In this document: positions 47,462 to 58,070 of the stretch, in pieces
Position numbering within the stretch: the stretch's first letter is position 1
Layout: the number at the start of each line of letters is the position of its first letter
Assembly (NCBI GenBank): GCA_031384605.1
Contig: JANNAT010000142.1
Coordinates: 6,367-70,366 of the forward strand
Direction: 5' to 3'
Length of the DNA: 64,000 bases
Source: Cypionkella sp.
GTDB lineage: Bacteria > Pseudomonadota > Alphaproteobacteria > Rhodobacterales > Rhodobacteraceae
The notes under the pieces: generated by a model
Seen by the model: only the letters and a program-made list of their open reading frames with translations
Database searches by the model: none
What the model was told of the DNA's origin: nothing
Program-made: the position numbers and the translations under genes

Positions 47462-47880
47462 TGGGGCAGCCTTGTGGATAATCTGGGTTTGTTCTGGCGA
47501 GTGGATTTGGGGAGAAGCCACGGTTTGATCGCCAAGAGGCCGCAGCAAAGGCAGTTTGTCAAGAACGGCGCGTCTTCCAACGGGATAATCCACAAGGGGA
47601 TAAGCGATTTTTCGCGGTGTGAGAAAGACTGGATATCCAGAGGCTGTGGAAAAGTTCGATTCCCGTCCGAATCAAATATGTGATCTCTAATTATCTGTTT
47701 TTAATAAACTAAATTGATGATTTGAGATATCGAATGTCGATGCCGAGGGGTTACGCACAGCTTTCATGATGGGGACAAGTGGCGGGACGAAAGCAACTAT
47801 CCTGATATCCACGCCCCCTACTACATCATCTTCCTTTCTAGAATCTTTTCTTTAAGAAGAAGAAAACAAGGGAAAACAAG
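47462..47880. other. candidate chromosomal replication origin (oriC)
   Basis: Non-coding gap of 419 bp. Perfect DnaA box TGTGGATAA at 47473-47481. One-mismatch boxes TAATCCACA (47586-47594) and TGTGGAAAA (47645-47653), plus weaker GATATCCAC (47804-47812). AT-rich stretch at about 47681-47735. Three GANTC sites (47658, 47669, 47841). Synteny matches the Caulobacter Cori neighbourhood. Confidence 0.65.
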
Positions 47881-48330
47881 ATGGCTGACTTTTTGGCGAG
47901 TTACTATCCATGGATCAAAGCTGTGCATGTGATTGCGGTGATCACCTGGATGGCGGGGTTGTTCTATCTGCCACGGCTATATGTTTATCATGTTGAACAG
48001 GTTGAAGCCGGGTCTGCGACTGACAAGATGTTTCAGGTGATGGAACGACGGCTGCTGAAGGGCATTATGAACCCTTCCATGATTCTGGTTTGGATTTTTG
48101 GCATGGCGCTGGTCTTCACGCCGGGGATCATTGATTGGAGCGCCGTCTGGCCTTGGACCAAGGCTGCATCAGTTATTGGAATGACGTGGTTTCATATTTG
48201 GCTGGGAATAAAACGAAAGGGCTTTGTTGGTAGCCAGAATGGGTTAAGCGGGCGTAGCTATCGTTTGATGAACGAGGTTCCGACGGTGCTGTTGTTGGTG
48301 ATCGTGTTTTCGGTGATTGTGAAGTTCTGA
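47881..48330 (+). CDS. hemJ: protoporphyrinogen IX oxidase HemJ
   Basis: 149 aa with 4 TM segments. YPWIKAVHVIAVITWMAGLFYLPRLYVYH is the HemJ (UPF0093) signature. Confidence 0.85.
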   Translation: MADFLASYYPWIKAVHVIAVITWMAGLFYLPRLYVYHVEQVEAGSATDKMFQVMERRLLKGIMNPSMILVWIFGMALVFTPGIIDWSAVWPWTKAASVIGMTWFHIWLGIKRKGFVGSQNGLSGRSYRLMNEVPTVLLLVIVFSVIVKF

Positions 48331-48448
48331 AAGGTTGACTTTGGGCGGTGCTGGGCTTAGTTGGCCCACAGCGCGGTCATCCGACCATCCCGCTTTTCAC
48401 TTACATGCAGCTGTTGCCCTGACCTGTTGGGCCGGTTCTTAGGATATT

Positions 48449-49723
48449 TTGATGACTGTTGAACATTTGAACCTTGCCGATCTGAAAGCAAAAACACCAG
48501 CCGAGTTGCTGGCGATGGCTGAAGAATGGGAAATTGAGAATGCCCCTTCGATGCGGAAGGGCGAGATGATGTTCTCGATCTTGAAAGAACATGCCGAAGA
48601 AGGCTGGGAAATTGGCGGCGACGGTGTTCTGGAAGTGCTTCAAGATGGATTTGGGTTTTTGCGATCGCCGTCTGCGAATTATTTGCCCGGACCTGATGAT
48701 ATCTATGTTGGTCCAGAAATCTTGCGGCAGTTCAGCTTGCGCACGGGCGATACGATTGAAGGCGTGATTGCCGCGCCGCGCGAAAACGAAAAATACTTCT
48801 GCATGACGAAGGTGACCCGGATCAACTTTGATGATCCGGAAAAAGCCAAGCATAAGGTCCATTTTGACAATTTGACGCCGCTTTATCCGGACGAGCGGTT
48901 GAAAATGGAAGTGGAAGATCCGACGATCAAGGATCGGTCTGCCCGGATTATTGATCTGGTGTGCCCGATTGGCAAAGGTCAGCGGGGGTTGATAGTGGCC
49001 CCGCCGAGGACAGGCAAGACAGTGCTTTTGCAGAATATTGCGCATTCCATCGCCACCAATCATCCGGAATGCTATTTGATCGTTCTGTTGATCGACGAGC
49101 GGCCGGAAGAAGTGACGGACATGCAGCGGTCAGTGAAGGGGGAAGTTGTGTCGTCGACTTTTGACGAGCCTGCAACACGGCATGTGGCTGTGGCCGAAAT
49201 GGTGATCGAGAAGGCAAAGCGTCTGGTTGAGCATAAGCGGGATGTGGTGATCTTGCTGGACAGCATCACACGGCTTGGGCGGGCTTTTAACACGGTGGTT
49301 CCGTCATCAGGTAAGGTTTTGACCGGCGGCGTTGATGCCAATGCGCTGCAGCGGCCAAAGCGGTTCTTTGGTGCTGCCCGAAATATCGAAGAAGGTGGTT
49401 CGCTTACGATTATCGCAACGGCGCTGATTGATACGGGAAGCCGGATGGATGAAGTGATTTTTGAAGAATTCAAAGGCACCGGCAATAGTGAGATCGTACT
49501 CGACCGCAAAGTGGCAGATAAGCGGGTATTCCCAGCGATTGATATCTTGAAATCGGGCACACGTAAGGAAGATTTGTTGGTTGAAAAGACCGACCTTCAG
49601 AAAACTTATGTGCTGCGGCGTATTCTGAACCCGATGGGGACAACTGATGCGATCGAGTTCTTGATTGGAAAACTGAAGCAAACCAAGAGCAACGGTGAAT
49701 TTTTTGATTCGATGAATGCTTGA
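48449..49723 (+). CDS. rho: transcription termination factor Rho
   Basis: 424 aa. FGFLR RNA-binding motif, Walker A motif APPRTGKT, and [10 protein letters not shown]. Confidence 0.97.
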   Translation: MMTVEHLNLADLKAKTPAELLAMAEEWEIENAPSMRKGEMMFSILKEHAEEGWEIGGDGVLEVLQDGFGFLRSPSANYLPGPDDIYVGPEILRQFSLRTGDTIEGVIAAPRENEKYFCMTKVTRINFDDPEKAKHKVHFDNLTPLYPDERLKMEVEDPTIKDRSARIIDLVCPIGKGQRGLIVAPPRTGKTVLLQNIAHSIATNHPECYLIVLLIDERPEEVTDMQRSVKGEVVSSTFDEPATRHVAVAEMVIEKAKRLVEHKRDVVILLDSITRLGRAFNTVVPSSGKVLTGGVDANALQRPKRFFGAARNIEEGGSLTIIATALIDTGSRMDEVIFEEFKGTGNSEIVLDRKVADKRVFPAIDILKSGTRKEDLLVEKTDLQKTYVLRRILNPMGTTDAIEFLIGKLKQTKSNGEFFDSMNA

Positions 49724-49750
49724 TTCTGAATTCCTTTCAACAGGTTAGTG

Positions 49751-51034
49751 ATGGATACGATTTTTGCTTTGGCCACTGCGAGGGGTAAAGCGGGTATTGC
49801 CATTATACGGCTGTCTGGACCTTTGGCGCATGAAGCTGTTGGCGGTTTGTGCAAGCTGCCTCGGCCGCGCGTCGCAGGTTTGCGTAATCTCGTATGGCAA
49901 AAGCAGGTTTTGGATCAGGCCTTGGTGATCGTGTTTGAGCCCGGAGCAAGCTTTACAGGAGAGCCGGTAGTAGAGCTTCATTTGCACGGCAGTTTGGCTG
50001 TTGTTAGCGCGGTGATCGCGATTTTATCCGGGTTTGGTGGCTTGCGACAGGCCGAACCGGGTGAATTTACGCGGCGGGCCCTTGAGAATGGCCGGTTGGA
50101 TTTGACCCAAGTGGAGGGCCTTGCGGATCTTATTGATTCCGAAACGGAGTCTCAACGAAAGCAAGCGATGCGCGTGCTGTCGGGTGCGATCAGCAGGAAG
50201 GTTGAGACATGGCGGAAGGACTTGATCCGTGCCGCCGCGCTGATCGAGGCGACAATTGACTTTGCCGATGAAGACGTACCCGTTGATGTATTACCAGAAG
50301 TTAAAGGGTTGATTAAAAGGCTGCTGTTCGAGTTGAGGCAAGAATTGGATGGATCTGTTGCGGCTGAGCGGATCAGGGATGGGTTCGAAGTGGCGATAAT
50401 TGGTGCGCCCAACATCGGGAAGTCCACGCTTTTCAATGCGCTTGCCAAGAGGGAGGCCGCGATTACGTCGGAGTTTGCCGGAACAACGAGAGATGTAATT
50501 GAACTTCGGATGGATCTTGGGGGATTGGCAGTTACACTGCTTGATACCGCAGGCCTCCGTGAAACCGTTGATGTTGTTGAAAAAATCGGGGTGTCCTGGG
50601 CAATCCAACGTGCTCAGTCAGCGGATTTGCGGGTGTTCTTGGTCGGCAGGCTTGATGAAACGTTGATGGTGAAACCGCTAGAAGGTGATATCGTGGTTTT
50701 GGGAAAAGCCGACACTTTGGCAAACAAAGATCGCGCCGTTTCCGGTAAAACGGGAGAGGGCATTGCTTGGTTGACCAGCGAGATAGCCGGCAGGTTAAGT
50801 ATAAAGGCGGCGTCCGCTGGGATTTTGATACGTGAACGACATAAGCGGGCTATCTTGTTGGCGATCACGGGTTTAGAGGCTGCCGCATCGGGTTTGAGTC
50901 GCGGGGTGCATCTGCCGGAATTGATCGCCGCTGATCTTCGCGCAGCGTCTGATGCACTTTCAGTGATTTTGGGGCGTATTCATGTTGAAGATCTGCTGGA
51001 TGAGATATTCCTAAGCTTCTGCATTGGGAAATAG
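49751..51034 (+). CDS. mnmE: tRNA uridine-5-carboxymethylaminomethyl synthesis GTPase MnmE
   Basis: [24 protein letters not shown]1 motif GAPNIGKST and C-terminal FCIGK. Confidence 0.95.
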   Translation: MDTIFALATARGKAGIAIIRLSGPLAHEAVGGLCKLPRPRVAGLRNLVWQKQVLDQALVIVFEPGASFTGEPVVELHLHGSLAVVSAVIAILSGFGGLRQAEPGEFTRRALENGRLDLTQVEGLADLIDSETESQRKQAMRVLSGAISRKVETWRKDLIRAAALIEATIDFADEDVPVDVLPEVKGLIKRLLFELRQELDGSVAAERIRDGFEVAIIGAPNIGKSTLFNALAKREAAITSEFAGTTRDVIELRMDLGGLAVTLLDTAGLRETVDVVEKIGVSWAIQRAQSADLRVFLVGRLDETLMVKPLEGDIVVLGKADTLANKDRAVSGKTGEGIAWLTSEIAGRLSIKAASAGILIRERHKRAILLAITGLEAAASGLSRGVHLPELIAADLRAASDALSVILGRIHVEDLLDEIFLSFCIGK

Positions 51035-51037
51035 GGG

Positions 51038-52909
51038 GTGTTTCACGTGAAACAATTTGACGTGATTGTCATCGGTGGAGGCCACGCGGGTGTAGAGGCA
51101 GCCGCCGCGTCTGCGCGAATTGGCGCACGAACAGCCTTGATTACTTTGCGAAAGGCAACCATCGGGGTGATGTCTTGCAACCCGGCTATTGGCGGTTTGG
51201 GTAAAGGCCACTTGGTTCGGGAGATTGATGCACTTGATGGGTTGATGGGTTTGGCGGCAGATCAGGCCGGTATTCAGTTTCGATTGCTCAACAGGCGCAA
51301 AGGCCCAGCAGTGCAGGGACCGCGTGTGCAAGCGGATCGGAAATTATACCGCTTGGCGATTCAGAGCCTACTGGCGCGGGAGAAAAATCTGCACGTTTTG
51401 GAGGCTGAAGTGGCGGGCGTGCTGGTGAACGAAGGCCGCTTAAGTGGCGTAAGGCTTGTAGACGGGGTAGAAATTGCTGCTTTATCGGTGGTTTTGACTG
51501 CCGGAACGTTCTTGAACGGCATAATTCATGTTGGAGATCAACGGCACCCGGGCGGGCGGGTTGGCGACCGACCGTCTGTGTTGTTGGCTGCGCAGTTGAT
51601 GGATTTGGGCTTGGCGAAAGGACGACTAAAGACGGGAACACCACCGCGGCTTGATGGTAAAACGATAAACTGGACTTTGGTCGGAAGTCAGCCGGGCGAC
51701 GAAGAGCCGGTCATGTTTTCATTTTTGAATAAAGCGCCTACGGCGAAACAAGTGTCGTGTGGGATTACGCATACAAATGAAAAAACCCATGACATCGTTC
51801 GCCGTAACTTGGCGCGATCTGCGATGTATGGTGGGTTTATAGAGGGGATCGGCCCAAGATACTGCCCATCTATTGAAGACAAGGTTGTTCGGTTCTCAGA
51901 GAAAACGTCCCACCAAATTTTTTTGGAGCCTGAAGGCCTTGATGACAGTACCGTGTATCCAAACGGGATTTCAACGTCTTTACCGGCTGATGTTCAAGAT
52001 GACTATGTTCGCAGCATCCAAGGCTTGGAGGATGTGGTGATCACGCAAGCCGGCTATGCCATCGAGTATGACTACTTTGACCCGCGCCATTTGAATACGG
52101 CGTTGGAGCTTAAGGCGATGCCGGGCCTTTTTCTTGCTGGTCAGATAAATGGTACGACGGGCTACGAAGAAGCGGCAGCTCAGGGATTGGCTGCGGGCAT
52201 TAATGCTGCAAACAGATCGTTGGGTAGGCCAGCTGTAGTATTTGGACGAAGCAGAAGTTATATTGGCGTGATGATCGACGATCTGACGACACAGGGTGTT
52301 ACTGAGCCCTACCGAATGTTCACGTCGCGGGCCGAATACCGGCTGGCCATACGTGCCGATAATGCCGACCAACGACTTACCCGAGATGGCATCAATATTG
52401 GCTGCGTTCGCGCCGATCGTAGGCAAGCATTCGAAGATAAACTGGAGATGCTTACAACCGCGAAAGATTTGTTGCATCTGATGTCATTTTCATCGAAAGA
52501 GTTATCAGTTGTTGATATTAAAGTCAGCCAAGATGGGGCGAGGCGGAGCGCCATGGAGGTCCTTGCACTTCCACACGTTCAAATAGCGCAGGTGTTAGGA
52601 TTAGTGCCAAGGTTTGGTGAGTTCGACAACGTAATTCAACTTCAGGTGGCAAAGGACGCACTTTATGCGCCCTATTTAGCCCGTCAAAAAAACGAAGTTG
52701 CCTCATTAACTAAGGAAGAAAACACCACAATTACGACTGGGTTTCAATATTTGGGCATGCCAGGACTTTCGTCAGAGCTGGCTGTTAAGCTTGATCGAAT
52801 TCGTCCATCAAGCATAGCTCAGGCAGCCAGAATTGAAGGAATAACCCCAGCAGCGCTGACGCTTATTCTGGCGCACTTGCGCAAAAATCGCCGTGAAATC
52901 TCAGCGTGA
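51038..52909 (+). CDS. mnmG: tRNA uridine 5-carboxymethylaminomethyl modification enzyme MnmG
   Basis: 623 aa. [19 protein letters not shown]-binding motif and [11 protein letters not shown]. Confidence 0.97.
   Translation: MFHVKQFDVIVIGGGHAGVEAAAASARIGARTALITLRKATIGVMSCNPAIGGLGKGHLVREIDALDGLMGLAADQAGIQFRLLNRRKGPAVQGPRVQADRKLYRLAIQSLLAREKNLHVLEAEVAGVLVNEGRLSGVRLVDGVEIAALSVVLTAGTFLNGIIHVGDQRHPGGRVGDRPSVLLAAQLMDLGLAKGRLKTGTPPRLDGKTINWTLVGSQPGDEEPVMFSFLNKAPTAKQVSCGITHTNEKTHDIVRRNLARSAMYGGFIEGIGPRYCPSIEDKVVRFSEKTSHQIFLEPEGLDDSTVYPNGISTSLPADVQDDYVRSIQGLEDVVITQAGYAIEYDYFDPRHLNTALELKAMPGLFLAGQINGTTGYEEAAAQGLAAGINAANRSLGRPAVVFGRSRSYIGVMIDDLTTQGVTEPYRMFTSRAEYRLAIRADNADQRLTRDGINIGCVRADRRQAFEDKLEMLTTAKDLLHLMSFSSKELSVVDIKVSQDGARRSAMEVLALPHVQIAQVLGLVPRFGEFDNVIQLQVAKDALYAPYLARQKNEVASLTKEENTTITTGFQYLGMPGLSSELAVKLDRIRPSSIAQAARIEGITPAALTLILAHLRKNRREISA
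51039..51054. promoter_or_regulatory. parS site 1 (perfect TGTTTCACGTGAAACA)
   Basis: Exact 16-bp palindrome matching the canonical ParB-binding consensus. It overlaps codons 1-6 of mnmG (GTG TTT CAC GTG AAA CAA). Confidence 0.85.
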
Positions 52910-53532
52910 TTGACTCTGTCCAAGCTTTTCCCGAATGGCTGGATGTTTCACGTGAAACAGAGTTAAGAATGTTGGCCTTTTGTGAAATTGTCAAAAAGTG
53001 GACACCAGTCGTTAACTTGATTTCAAAATCAACGATACCAGACATCTGGCGACGTCATATTATCGACTCGGCGCAACTGTTTTCTTTGGCACCCCTTCAT
53101 GCGAGCCATTGGTTGGATCTCGGCAGTGGTGCGGGATTCCCGGGTCTTGTGGTTGCGATTTTGGCGAAAGAGTTTCGTCCTAGTCTGGCTATAACGCTGG
53201 TGGAGTCAGACCAACGCAAGTCTGTTTTTTTAGCTGAAGCAGCAAGGGTAATTGATGTAAATGTAACGATTATCTGTGCGCGGGCAGAGTCCATGCTGCC
53301 ACAGGCTGCAGACGTTGTTTCATCTCGGGCGCTTACATCGCTCAATGGCCTTTGTCGGCACGCAAAAACGCACCTGCATGCAGATGGCGTTGCTATTTTT
53401 CCGAAAGGATCAAATGCCAATATAGAAATAGTTGCCGCCCGCAAGAACTGGCGGTTTTCTTTAGACCGTCACGCCAGTAGAACAGACCCAACCGCTTCTA
53501 TCCTTTTACTGAGAAACATCTTAAATGCCTGA
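52906..53532 (+). CDS. rsmG: 16S rRNA (guanine527-N7)-methyltransferase RsmG
   Basis: 208 aa. GTG overlaps the mnmG stop. [16 protein letters not shown]-binding motif. Confidence 0.92.
   Translation: MIDSVQAFPEWLDVSRETELRMLAFCEIVKKWTPVVNLISKSTIPDIWRRHIIDSAQLFSLAPLHASHWLDLGSGAGFPGLVVAILAKEFRPSLAITLVESDQRKSVFLAEAARVIDVNVTIICARAESMLPQAADVVSSRALTSLNGLCRHAKTHLHADGVAIFPKGSNANIEIVAARKNWRFSLDRHASRTDPTASILLLRNILNA
52944..52959. promoter_or_regulatory. parS site 2 (perfect TGTTTCACGTGAAACA)
   Basis: Exact 16-bp palindrome inside the 5' part of rsmG (encodes ..DVSRET..). Confidence 0.85.
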
Positions 53533-54334
53533 TTCAATTCGAGTTAAAAAGCCGATGATTCTGGCAATCGCAAACCAGAAGGGCGGCGTTGGCAAAACAA
53601 CTACAACAATAAATCTTGCCGCGGCACTGGCGGAACTTGGTCGGCATGTTTTGATCGTCGATCTTGATCCGCAAGGAAACGCGTCGACCGGTCTCGGGGT
53701 GCCGCCATCAATGCGCTTGAAGACAAGCTATGATGTGATCATCGAAGAGCTTCCGCTGGCTGACGCGGTAATGTCGACGTCAATAGACCGCCTGCTAATA
53801 TGCCCGTCGAACGCAGATCTTTCGTCTGCGGACCTAGATCTTGTGTCGAACGCTAAACGTAGCTATTTGCTTCATGATGCGCTTAGAGATCCTTGTGTTG
53901 AAGGTTTGGATTTAGACTTCATCCTTATTGATTGCCCGCCATCGCTCAGCCTGCTTACAATAAACGCATTGGTCGCAAGCCACGCTGTTCTGGTGCCACT
54001 TCAGGCTGAGTTTTTTGCGCTTGAAGGGCTTTCGCAACTCTTGCTTACAGTGAGAGAGGTCCGTCAATCTGCCAATCCGACGCTAAGAATAGAGGGCGTG
54101 GTTCTCACCATGGTTGACGGTCGAAATCGATTGGCGCAGCAAGTCGAAGCGGACGCTCGCAAGACGCTGGGTGATCTGGTGTTTGCTACGGTGATTCCAA
54201 GAAATGTAAGGTTAAGCGAAGCACCTTCTTACGCTCAATCTATACTTACCTATGATTCCAACTCAAAGGGCGCAGATGCATACCGAAGTCTTGCCGATGA
54301 AATCCTTAAGCGCCACCCACAACAGATAGAATAG
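53525..54334 (+). CDS. parA: chromosome partitioning ATPase ParA
   Basis: 269 aa. Deviant Walker A motif ANQKGGVGKTTT. An alternative start at 53555 is possible. Confidence 0.93.
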   Translation: MPDSIRVKKPMILAIANQKGGVGKTTTTINLAAALAELGRHVLIVDLDPQGNASTGLGVPPSMRLKTSYDVIIEELPLADAVMSTSIDRLLICPSNADLSSADLDLVSNAKRSYLLHDALRDPCVEGLDLDFILIDCPPSLSLLTINALVASHAVLVPLQAEFFALEGLSQLLLTVREVRQSANPTLRIEGVVLTMVDGRNRLAQQVEADARKTLGDLVFATVIPRNVRLSEAPSYAQSILTYDSNSKGADAYRSLADEILKRHPQQIE

Positions 54335-54347
54335 AACTGGAGCCGTA

Positions 54348-55256
54348 ATGGAAAAGAAATCTGAGCGGCGCGGCCTAGGTAGGGGTCTTTCGGCCTTGAT
54401 GGCGGATGTTAGCCTTGATCAAGCAGTCACGGGGCCAGAACAGCAAAAGAATTCAGAGACTCTTGTTCCAATAGAACGGATATCCCCAAACCCCAATCAG
54501 CCACGCCGCGATTTTAACCCCGAAGCTCTGCAAGAGCTTGCCGATTCTTTAGCGAAAAAAGGAGTAATTCAGCCCCTGATCGTTCGGCAACTGGGTAAAG
54601 ATGAACGCTATGAAATTGTTGCGGGAGAACGCCGTTGGCGCGCTGCACAGATGGCAAATCTACATGAGTTGCCCGTAATCATCAGACAATTCAGCGATTC
54701 CGAAGTTTTAGAAATCGCAATTATTGAGAACATTCAACGCGCCGAACTTAACGCGATAGAAGAGGCACAGGCTTACCGACAGTTGATGCAGCGGTTTGGG
54801 CATACGCAAGAAAAAGTTGCTGAAGCTCTGTCCAGAAGTCGTAGTCATGTCGCCAATCTTCTTCGTCTTCTGACTTTGCCCGAAGACGTCCAAGCCCTTG
54901 TAACAAAAGGTAAGATATCGGCCGGGCATGCGCGTGCCTTGATAACTTCCGCCGCAGCGTCGGAACTTGCACGGCAAATCGTTGCCCGGGGACTGTCTGT
55001 CCGAGAGACCGAAGAACTTGTCCGAAAATCGGCTGCGGAACCGCATAATCGGCGTATTTCGAAAGAACGCAAATCCAAGGACGCGGACACCAGAGCAATT
55101 GAGATGGATGTATCGGCTAATCTGAACATGAATGTGCAGATTGATCACGAACCCGGCGGTCCAGGCGGAAAAGTGACAATCACGTATCGGTCGCTCGACG
55201 ACCTTGATCTGCTGTGTCGTGCGCTTTCGCAGATACCCCGGGATGGTACGTTTTAG
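54348..55256 (+). CDS. parB: chromosome partitioning protein ParB
   Basis: 302 aa. PNPNQPRRDF, IVAGERRWRAA (the arginine patch) and an HTH region. Confidence 0.95.
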   Translation: MEKKSERRGLGRGLSALMADVSLDQAVTGPEQQKNSETLVPIERISPNPNQPRRDFNPEALQELADSLAKKGVIQPLIVRQLGKDERYEIVAGERRWRAAQMANLHELPVIIRQFSDSEVLEIAIIENIQRAELNAIEEAQAYRQLMQRFGHTQEKVAEALSRSRSHVANLLRLLTLPEDVQALVTKGKISAGHARALITSAAASELARQIVARGLSVRETEELVRKSAAEPHNRRISKERKSKDADTRAIEMDVSANLNMNVQIDHEPGGPGGKVTITYRSLDDLDLLCRALSQIPRDGTF

Positions 55257-55371
55257 AGAACTGGCCTTATTTCGTTGCAACCACGCGCCGATGCAAAAAA
55301 GTCCGGCGTCGTTCACACATTTTCAAGCGGACCTTGCTCTAGTTTTTTCCCGATTTGTTGCCAAAACCTCT

Positions 55372-56535
55372 CTATACGTCTGAAAGTTCCCGGATGATTG
55401 CATTCAACACCATCCGACCCTTGGGCGTCGCGATTACTCTTGCGGTATCGGATGTGATCATGCCCAGATCTTTCAGATAATCAGTCTGAGTTGTGCTTAG
55501 AGGTGTAGGAGAAATGGCATTGTAGCGGCGTAGATCCATACCTTCTTGCAGCCGAAGTGACATCATCAGATATTCCAACGCATGATCACGCGACGAAAGG
55601 GCATGACGAGGCATTTCCCCATGGTGCCCAGAAAGCACCGTCTTTATCCAAAGCGCTGGAGATTTGGCGACCTCCGTAGCCCACCTTGTGCCATTGATGG
55701 TCAGCCTGCCATGCGCTCCAGGTCCAATGCCAATATAGTCGCCGCCGCGCCAATAGATCAAGTTATGGACAGATTCCGCATCTCTGTGGGCATGATTTGA
55801 GACCTCATAAGCAGGAAGTCCGGCTTTGTCGGTCAAGTCCTGCGTCACGTCATACAGCTCAGCCGCAACATCGTCTTTCGGCAACCCTTTCAGGCCACCA
55901 CGCGCCAGCCGATCCGCAAAAGCAGTGCCATCTTCAATTGTCAGTTGATACAAAGAAAGGTGATCGGCAGCCAAAAGCAGCGCCGACCGCAGTTCAGCTT
56001 TCCATTGAGCGATGTCTTGGTCTTGCCGCGCATAAATCAAATCGAAACTGACGCGATCAAAACAGCCCTTTGCGATCTCGAACGCGCGCCTTGCCTCGCT
56101 TGCTGTATGCTTACGACCCAGTTTCCGAAGATCTGCATCATTCATTGCCTGCATGCCCATCGAAATGCGCGTAACCCCAGCATCCCGATAACCTGCAAAT
56201 CGTCCTGTCTCAATGGATCCGGGATTGGCCTCGAGGGTAATCTCGGGGTTGTTTCGCATGGTCCAGGTTGTCTTTATGCGCGCAATGACCGCAGCAACAA
56301 GGTCGGGGTGCATTAAGGATGGCGTCCCACCACCAAAAAAGACGGTATCAAGTCGACGACCTGTGGTTTCCAGCCCAATGCGGTCAATCTCGATAAGATA
56401 GGCCTTCTCCCAGTCGATCTGATTGATGCCCGCCGCAACATGGCTATTGAAATCACAATAGGGACATTTCGACTCGCAGAAGGGCCAATGAATATAAAGG
56501 CCAAAGCCACCGTTCCGCCAGTCTTCCATAGTCAC
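55372..56535 (-). CDS. hemW: radical SAM family heme chaperone HemW
   Basis: 387 aa. LYIHWPFCESKCPYCDFNS CxxxCxxC motif and FFGGGTPS. Confidence 0.9.
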   Translation of the reverse strand: MTMEDWRNGGFGLYIHWPFCESKCPYCDFNSHVAAGINQIDWEKAYLIEIDRIGLETTGRRLDTVFFGGGTPSLMHPDLVAAVIARIKTTWTMRNNPEITLEANPGSIETGRFAGYRDAGVTRISMGMQAMNDADLRKLGRKHTASEARRAFEIAKGCFDRVSFDLIYARQDQDIAQWKAELRSALLLAADHLSLYQLTIEDGTAFADRLARGGLKGLPKDDVAAELYDVTQDLTDKAGLPAYEVSNHAHRDAESVHNLIYWRGGDYIGIGPGAHGRLTINGTRWATEVAKSPALWIKTVLSGHHGEMPRHALSSRDHALEYLMMSLRLQEGMDLRRYNAISPTPLSTTQTDYLKDLGMITSDTARVIATPKGRMVLNAIIRELSDV

Positions 56536-56623
56536 GCCTTTTGTTCTGCAAGGCCCATCTTGCCGGAGATTGCATCGCTTGCACGCCTCGGGTCGGCGTA
56601 TTTATTGACTAGATGTCGATTTG

Positions 56624-56639
56624 TGTTTCACGTGAAACA
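56624..56639. promoter_or_regulatory. parS site 3 (perfect TGTTTCACGTGAAACA)
   Basis: Exact 16-bp palindrome overlapping the last codons and the TGA stop of rdgB, next to the hemW upstream region. Confidence 0.85.
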
Positions 56640-57239
56640 CCCCTTGATCAACTTATGAAACGCATCTGCCCGGTGGCTTATTTGATTTTTCTGCCAGCGA
56701 TCCATTTCCCCCAGCGTTTGACCATAGCCGTCCGGTAGAAAGATGGGATCATATCCGTGCCCTTGATTGCCACGCTTTGGCCAAACGACCTGACCCGCCA
56801 TCACGCCCTCAAAAACCTCGTCATGCCCATCGGGCCAGGCCAAAACAAGCGTACATCGAAACTGCGCATACCTCGGGCAGGGGGCCCGCGCCGCTTCAAG
56901 CAAATCCCATGTTTTCTGCATCGCCAAACCAAAGTCCCGCCCGGTCGGGGTTTCGGCCCAATCGGCCGTGTAAACGCCAGGCGCACCGCCAAGCGCATCA
57001 ACGCTGATACCGGAATCGTCGGCCAAAGCAGGAAAACCGGATGCGTCGCTTGCGGAATGTGCCTTCAGGCGCGCATTTCCAACAAAATTATCTTCAGTTT
57101 CGACCGGCTCTTTCAGCCCAAGCGCGCCAGCGGAGACGATGGCAACGCCATACGGCTCAATCAAGGCGCGTATTTCTTCCAGCTTCCCAAGGTTATGCGT
57201 TGCAATCAGCAGCGTGTCCCCAGCGAACTTTCGCATCAA
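56628..57239 (-). CDS. rdgB: XTP/dITP diphosphatase (RdgB/HAM1 family)
   Basis: 203 aa. [28 protein letters not shown] and GYDPIF motifs. Confidence 0.92.
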   Translation of the reverse strand: MMRKFAGDTLLIATHNLGKLEEIRALIEPYGVAIVSAGALGLKEPVETEDNFVGNARLKAHSASDASGFPALADDSGISVDALGGAPGVYTADWAETPTGRDFGLAMQKTWDLLEAARAPCPRYAQFRCTLVLAWPDGHDEVFEGVMAGQVVWPKRGNQGHGYDPIFLPDGYGQTLGEMDRWQKNQISHRADAFHKLIKGCFT

Positions 57240-57955
57240 AACATTCCCAATGCGGCCTTTTGGCTTGCGACCAGTTGCGCCACGCCCGCCTCAGCCAGAT
57301 CCAACAACTCTCCCATTTCAGCACGCGAAAATGTTGCCCCTTCAGCAGACATTTGCACCTCTACCATCCGACCGCGCCCCGTCAGAATAAAGTTACCGTC
57401 TGTCCCTGCAGTCGAATCCTCGGCATAGTCCAAATCCAGAACCGTTTGACCCGCATAAATCCCACAAGACACAGCAGCAATGTGATCAATGATCGGATCA
57501 CTGACAATCGCACCGCTTTTCAGCAGCCTGTTCATTGCCAACCGCAAAGCAACCCAACCGCCAGTTATTGATGCACAGCGCGTGCCACCATCGGCTTGCA
57601 GCACATCGCAGTCGATCACAATCTGCCGCTCACCCAATGCCGAACGATCAACACCGGCACGCAAGGCTCTACCGATAAGCCTTTGAATTTCTTGTGTTCT
57701 TCCAGATTGTTTGCCCGCGGCTGCTTCGCGCCGTGTCCGCGAGTTTGTGGCTCTCGGCAGCATGCCATATTCCGCCGTAACCCAACCCAGGCCGGTATTC
57801 TTCAAAAACTGCGGGGCCTTATCTTCGATCGTGGCTGAACATAGAACATGGGTTTCCCCCATCTTGATCAAACAAGAGCCTTCGGCATGTTTCATGATGC
57901 CGATTTCGATTGTCACCGGTCGCATTTCGTTCAATTTACGGGCAGAAGGGCGCAT
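57236..57955 (-). CDS. rph: ribonuclease PH
   Basis: Start moved to ATG 57955 (AAGGA RBS). [14 protein letters not shown]..., [16 protein letters not shown] and [12 protein letters not shown] motifs. Confidence 0.93.
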   Translation of the reverse strand: MRPSARKLNEMRPVTIEIGIMKHAEGSCLIKMGETHVLCSATIEDKAPQFLKNTGLGWVTAEYGMLPRATNSRTRREAAAGKQSGRTQEIQRLIGRALRAGVDRSALGERQIVIDCDVLQADGGTRCASITGGWVALRLAMNRLLKSGAIVSDPIIDHIAAVSCGIYAGQTVLDLDYAEDSTAGTDGNFILTGRGRMVEVQMSAEGATFSRAEMGELLDLAEAGVAQLVASQKAALGMF

Positions 57956-58070
57956 AAGATTTTCCTTATTTTTCACCTCCCAAATAGTCCTTAGCGCCGG
58001 CATGATGCAACCCTCATTGACGCCGGGCGCGTTCCCTCGTTAATGTGGTCATCCCCTTGGAAATCAGGCA

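Noticed and set aside
54708-55316. 202-aa minus-strand ORF
   Set aside because: Antisense to parB, which has unambiguous ParB motifs.
55290-55345. Terminator between the convergent parB and hemW genes
   Set aside because: It has only a 5-bp stem (GTCCG/CGGAC) with a loop of about 24 nt ahead of a T6 run. This is too weak to call.
57956-58070. CIRCE operator (TTAGCACTC-N9-GAGTGCTAA) upstream of hrcA-grpE
   Set aside because: No such inverted repeat is present. There is only a TTGACG-N17-TTAATG sigma70-like pair (58017-58045), which is too weak to report as a feature.
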